A stretch of DNA of 63,666 bases, filler included, from Candidatus Nezhaarchaeota archaeon WYZ-LMO8 (GTDB lineage: Archaea; Thermoproteota; Methanomethylicia; Nezhaarchaeales; WYZ-LMO8): the NCBI GenBank assembly GCA_004347965.1. It is 3 parts of 3 records of this genome, joined end to end, with 100 filler letters (N's around TTAATTAATTAA, not from the genome) between each part and the next. Parts side by side here need not be neighbours in the genome. Positions count along the whole stretch, not along the records: positions 50,661 to 63,666 come from QNVF01000035.1; 2 more parts are not named here. The stretch is one strand, 5' to 3'. Both the position numbers and the translations under genes were made by a program. Within the stretch, counting starts at the first letter, position 1. Every line of letters starts with the position of its first letter. The notes beneath the pieces were generated by a model, which ran no database searches, was not told where the DNA came from, and saw nothing but the letters and a program-made list of their open reading frames with translations. Positions 59,987 through 63,666 of the stretch are shown one piece after another.

Positions 59987-60304
59987 CTAAAAGAACTATG
60001 AGTAGAGGGTCTGCTTAGAGCATATCGCTAAGTTTAAGTGGTATCAACATCAATTCTCATTATCCAATCAGATTACTAAGGCATGACCCTTTTCTTATTA
60101 TTGCCTGACGCTTCTAGGATTCATCGCATTTCATTATCAATATTGATGATGCCCTCGTCAAAGCTCTTTCTCATACTTCTTGAATTGCTTGTTAATAAAA
60201 GATCATCAATCTCAGTCCTTAAGCTCGTAATTGTAGTATGCTGTAGTCCTAACTAAAATGCATGAAACTTAACCTTTATTTTGAGTACTAGAGTTAGAAT
60301 TTAT

Positions 60305-60359
60305 GGGATGATGAAGAGTCCTTGTTCCGAGACGTGACAAGGGAGGTTTCGTCTGACTC
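60305..60359 (+). ncRNA. Box C/D methylation guide sRNA
   Basis: ATGATGA (C, 60308-14), 12-nt guide AGAGTCCTTGTT, CCGA (D'), GAC, GTGACAA (C'), 12-nt guide GGGAGGTTTCGT, CTGA (D, 60353-56). Canonical archaeal spacing. Confidence 0.8.
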
Positions 60360-60775
60360 TACTTAAGGGGTTTCAGAATTCTCACTTCGCCATGCTCTTT
60401 GAGCAGATCTGCTACGATCTTTATAGTCTCGTCTTCTAAGCTATTGAAGCCTACTATACTCGAAGACTTTGCATCAACTCTAATGTAGTGGTCAAGATCA
60501 AATCTTAAAGTGAAGTCACCTTGACCCAACGTAACTTTAAAGCTCTTGCTAGCTTCTATAAGCCTTGATGCCAGTTTAATTATTAAATCTCTCAACTTAG
60601 CTGATGGGGGTTTTACCTTACCCCTCCTTACGCCCTTAATCTCTTTCAAGTCTATAGGTGCCTTAGAGGAAATCCCCTTGGCTTCAGAAACCTTAACTTC
60701 TCCTTCTTCACAGATAACCTCAAAGCCTTTACCTTGATCTAAGAAGCTTAGGATCTCCTCCTTCCAATGCATCAA
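60359..60775 (-). CDS. Hypothetical protein
   Basis: 138-aa ORF with no recognised motif. Confidence 0.6.
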   Translation of the reverse strand: MMHWKEEILSFLDQGKGFEVICEEGEVKVSEAKGISSKAPIDLKEIKGVRRGKVKPPSAKLRDLIIKLASRLIEASKSFKVTLGQGDFTLRFDLDHYIRVDAKSSSIVGFNSLEDETIKIVADLLKEHGEVRILKPLK

Positions 60776-60846
60776 AAGGTTGAACCCCCATTTTTTCTTT
60801 TCGTTAAAGCTTTATTCTGTTAGTGTAAAAGAAACTTACTACGGGA

Positions 60847-61566
60847 TTGTTCAAAATGAAGGTTCTAATAAGTGTTGTAAACCCTGATGAAGCTGTAGAG
60901 GCGTTGAAAGGGGGAGCTGATATAATTGACATTAAGGATCCTGTAAAGGGCTCTCTTGGTGCTCCTAGCGCTGCTCTTGTGAATTTAATCGTTTGCTCTC
61001 TACGCAGCATCCCACACGATTTTATGGTTACAAGCATTGCTCTAGGCGACGACCCAGCTAAAAACCAAGCAAAAGAGCTAGCATTAATAGCTGAGAAGTT
61101 AGCCATAAACTATGCGAAAGCTGGGAGTTTCGGTCTTAAGGATGTAAGAGAAGCTGTCGAGACTTACAAAGACTTGAAGGTTAACACTAAGAGCCTAAAG
61201 TTCGTCGCAGTCGCTTATGCTGATTACGCACTTATCAATTGTTTAAGTCCGATGGACATGTTAAAGGCTGCTTACAGATCTGACTTTGATGTTTTCATGA
61301 TCGATACGTTCGTTAAGAATGGGATGGCCACCTTCAACTACTTAAGCGTAGAGAAGGTCTTAGAGATCAAGGAGCTTGCTCATAGAATGGGGCTATTGTT
61401 CGCATTGGCAGGGTCACTAGGATTAAACCATGTAGAGGTAGTACGTAGAGTTAAACCAGACATTGTGGGCTTTAGATCAGCTGCATGTGGTGGTGATAGA
61501 ATAAGGCAGAGAGTTACAAGAGACAGAGTGAAGGTACTAGTTAAAGCTTATAAAGGTCTTCGATGA
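60847..61566 (+). CDS. mfnB: (5-formylfuran-3-yl)methyl phosphate synthase
   Basis: LISV...EA..A..GGADIIDIKDP.KGSLGA, MIDT..K, ALAGSL and DIVGFRSAAC motifs. Confidence 0.9.
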   Translation: MFKMKVLISVVNPDEAVEALKGGADIIDIKDPVKGSLGAPSAALVNLIVCSLRSIPHDFMVTSIALGDDPAKNQAKELALIAEKLAINYAKAGSFGLKDVREAVETYKDLKVNTKSLKFVAVAYADYALINCLSPMDMLKAAYRSDFDVFMIDTFVKNGMATFNYLSVEKVLEIKELAHRMGLLFALAGSLGLNHVEVVRRVKPDIVGFRSAACGGDRIRQRVTRDRVKVLVKAYKGLR

Positions 61567-62214
61567 TTAATTGGTTAAGATCTTAGTGCATATGGTCTCT
61601 AATCCCTCAATTACTAGTCTTATCCTATCTGGTTTAAGCCCATTAACCACTATGCAATCCATCTTTGAGTTTCGAAGCAAGCTAGGAAGTAGAGGATCAA
61701 GGCATGTCTTCATGCTCTCAAGCTGACTCAAGGAGACTTCACTTAGTACTTTTGATTGGTTGCTTGGATCATAGATTCCATCAACATCCTTAACCAAGAT
61801 TAGTCTTCTTGCGGAACAGGCTTTAGCTATTACAGCTGCAATACAGTCAGAACCTGCATTCCAACTATGTTCTAGCACTTCTAAGCTAGTTATTACATAG
61901 CTTGGCAATAATACTGGTATTGCGTGGTCGACAATCTTTCTTACTTCAGCCAGGGTTCTAACAGGAATCCCTCTTATCAACTCACTTAGCATTAGTCCAT
62001 ATTGATCCACAGCTAGTAGAGCCATTTCATGCGCCACGTCATCTGATATATTGTGAAGTCTCTGAACTTGTCTTACGACATCGGCGAAGGGACCTCCTCC
62101 AGGGGTTACTATGCATCTCCTACCCTTAAGCCATTTAGACAACTTCTTACAAAGCTTTTGAAGTGCATCGGGGTACTTGCAAAGCGAGCCTCCTATCTTA
62201 ATGACAAAATCCAT
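61567..62214 (-). CDS. mfnE: Amino-acid-kinase family; [5-(aminomethyl)furan-3-yl]methyl phosphate kinase
   Basis: VIKIGGSL, PGGGPFAD.VR, AHEMA, HSWN.GSD and KDVDG motifs; adjacent to mfnF and mfnB. Confidence 0.82.
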   Translation of the reverse strand: MDFVIKIGGSLCKYPDALQKLCKKLSKWLKGRRCIVTPGGGPFADVVRQVQRLHNISDDVAHEMALLAVDQYGLMLSELIRGIPVRTLAEVRKIVDHAIPVLLPSYVITSLEVLEHSWNAGSDCIAAVIAKACSARRLILVKDVDGIYDPSNQSKVLSEVSLSQLESMKTCLDPLLPSLLRNSKMDCIVVNGLKPDRIRLVIEGLETICTKILTN

Positions 62215-63254
62215 TTCTTTACGTCAACCCCCATGTTATGGGCTAGATACATGGCGAGCGAAGCTGATGTTAGTGCTACACTATTATCTCGACCTATAAT
62301 TTCTCTTAACAGCAATCCTTGAAGACCCGCCTTCTTTATAGCGTCTAATGCCATGAAGTCTCCTAGACCTACTGCGAAGCCCACATCAACACATTGGCCT
62401 TCTGAGGATAGCCTACTAAGAACTTGGAGAAGACCTTCAAAAACCCTTTCAACGGCTTTTTCGTATATGAACTTAGCCATCAACTTTGTTTGTGATATTT
62501 TAAACATTTTACCGTCACCACACACAATTCTTGAAAGTCTATTGTGACACTCTCTCAAGCTCTTTCCTCTCCCATCAGGAGTATCTGCGTCGTATTCATC
62601 CTCCCTTAGGAGACCGAGTAGGATATTTACATCGCCCATATTAGCAAAGTACTCTGATGATACTCTGCACCAAACCCCATTTATTGGAACCATAGAGACA
62701 ACCGAAGACACCGATGTCCTAAGAGAGCCTACATAGATTATCTCCCCCAAGCTCATTTTCTCCACGTCATTAAGACCTTTGGCTACAACATTCCCTCTAA
62801 TCACTGGAGTTATTGTGGTAGTCGTGCTCCCAACATCCACAACTACGCAATTTTCCCTTAATTGAGCGGCAAGCCAGCCAACGCACCACCAATTTGCAGC
62901 GGCTACCTCCATGTAATGTTCGATAGCGTTATCGGGATCTAGGAGAGACCCCTTGCTTGTAATAACTTTAAAATCCTTGAATACCTGTTTAGCCTTACGT
63001 ATTACGCTTTCAACGCCTCCCCTCTTGTTATCGAAGACGTCAGAGAGCTCTGCAGTCATTGTTAAGGCTACGTAATCCGCACGAGTACTACTTAAGGAGG
63101 AGACGATGTGCTCGATAGCCTCTGGCAGCCCGTCAATACCCTTAATCCAAAGGGGATAGTATAGCTTGGTTGACTTCAAGTTAAAGCAATCATTGACGTT
63201 AAGCATTGAGGCTTTGATATTGGCTCCTCCTATATCCACGCCTAAGAGAAGCAA
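62193..63254 (-). CDS. mfnF: Hydantoinase-A-like methanofuran synthesis protein
   Basis: GVDIGGANIK, TMTAELSD.F, AAANW, DVGSTTT, SEYFA and DTPDGRGK motifs. Confidence 0.88.
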   Translation of the reverse strand: MLLLGVDIGGANIKASMLNVNDCFNLKSTKLYYPLWIKGIDGLPEAIEHIVSSLSSTRADYVALTMTAELSDVFDNKRGGVESVIRKAKQVFKDFKVITSKGSLLDPDNAIEHYMEVAAANWWCVGWLAAQLRENCVVVDVGSTTTTITPVIRGNVVAKGLNDVEKMSLGEIIYVGSLRTSVSSVVSMVPINGVWCRVSSEYFANMGDVNILLGLLREDEYDADTPDGRGKSLRECHNRLSRIVCGDGKMFKISQTKLMAKFIYEKAVERVFEGLLQVLSRLSSEGQCVDVGFAVGLGDFMALDAIKKAGLQGLLLREIIGRDNSVALTSASLAMYLAHNMGVDVKKWILSLR

Positions 63255-63277
63255 TCATCCCACCTAAGAGAAGCAAT
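63241..63277. repeat. 15-bp direct repeat CCTAAGAGAAGCAAT x2 spanning the mfnF start
   Basis: Exact copies at 63241-63255 and 63263-63277. Confidence 0.85.
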
Positions 63278-63315
63278 ATCTTACAGTAGAAAATAACAAG
63301 TCGATTCATTAAAAA

Positions 63316-63372
63316 ATTCAGGATTAGAGGCGCTGCATAGCCCCTCGATAAGCCTATAAGCATTCACCATCC
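63316..63372 (-). ncRNA. Candidate box C/D sRNA
   Basis: ATGGTGA (C, 63370-64), ATGCTTATAGGCTTA, TCGA (D'?), a weak C', AGCGCCTCTAATC, CTGA (D, 63321-18), then a T-run. Confidence 0.45.
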
Positions 63373-63456
63373 TATCAATGATTCATAGCCATACTCAGCT
63401 ACTGCTTTAACTTTAAATAATGGATTAATCGTCTTGTGGACTACGGGGCTTAATCA

Positions 63457-63666
63457 ATGATTGTGATCCCGGTCATGGATATAAAGGGTGGATTAGTTGT
63501 TCAAGCAGTGCGAGGTCTTAGAGAGCTCTATAAACCAATATCTAACAGCATTTATGGGACGTGCAAACCACTAGAACTAGCTTGTAAGTTTGCATCTGAA
63601 GGCTTTAAGACCATCTACGTTGCCGACCTCGACGCCATATTGGGTAGTAACATCAATGAAGACGTG
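63457..63666 (+). CDS. HisA/HisF-related TIM-barrel protein of C1-cofactor clusters (partial)
   Basis: Manual translation MIVIPVMDIKGGLVVQAVRGLRELYKP...IYVADLDAI. It runs off the window edge. Confidence 0.82.
   Translation, partial: MIVIPVMDIKGGLVVQAVRGLRELYKPISNSIYGTCKPLELACKFASEGFKTIYVADLDAILGSNINEDV

Noticed and set aside
59990..60300. Hidden ORFs in the larger intergenic gaps (also 29980-30280 and 38400-38817)
   Set aside because: The frames I translated by hand hit stops early, the ORF track lists nothing there, and no protein motif was recognisable.
1..63666. Genome-wide stop codon reassignment (UGA to Trp/Sec, or UAG to Pyl)
   Set aside because: Conserved proteins end at their expected C-termini on TAG (AspRS RLVP*, JAMM, RNase HI) and on TGA (the ATGA overlap at 37800 and the corresponding 4-nt overlap at 36799).
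1..63666. CRISPR arrays, tRNA/rRNA genes, transposases or integrases
   Set aside because: No regularly spaced repeats, cloverleaf or T-loop patterns, rRNA-like tracts or mobile-element ORFs were seen by eye.

Overview
This is an archaeal (TACK-like) window stitched from three contigs by artificial N-TTAATTAATTAA-N linkers at 26540-26639 and 50561-50660, so synteny across those joins is not real. It is gene-dense and mostly housekeeping and cofactor metabolism. Cofactor genes: methanopterin (mptA, mptE, DUF447), methanofuran (mfnB, mfnE, mfnF, HisA-like) and archaeal CoA (pantoate kinase, phosphopantothenate synthetase). Energy and transport: an HdrD-like/FAD oxidoreductase cluster, a K+-independent H+-PPase, a P-type ATPase, and ABC and SSS transporters. 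Information processing: methanogenesis marker 11, Elp3, AGOG, Topo VI, class I LysRS, non-discriminating AspRS, short XPF and an Hrq1/SftH-like helicase. This content fits a C1/methanogen-related Thermoproteota lineage (inference). The best leads are: (1) a tight mmp11-AGOG-elp3 operon suggesting a tRNA U34 modification pathway; (2) a glycosyltransferase-RCK-MscS-HAD osmolyte 'make and release' operon; (3) a secreted helical protein with two in-frame UGAs one heptad apart, preceded by 11-bp-phased repeats and a 16-bp palindrome, and followed by a membrane-tethered wHTH regulator; (4) several unannotated box C/D sRNAs; (5) a minimal kinase-fold protein; (6) a DRG GTPase with degenerate G motifs. 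No CRISPR array, tRNA, rRNA or transposase was seen. All family calls come from motif recognition by eye, not from database searches.
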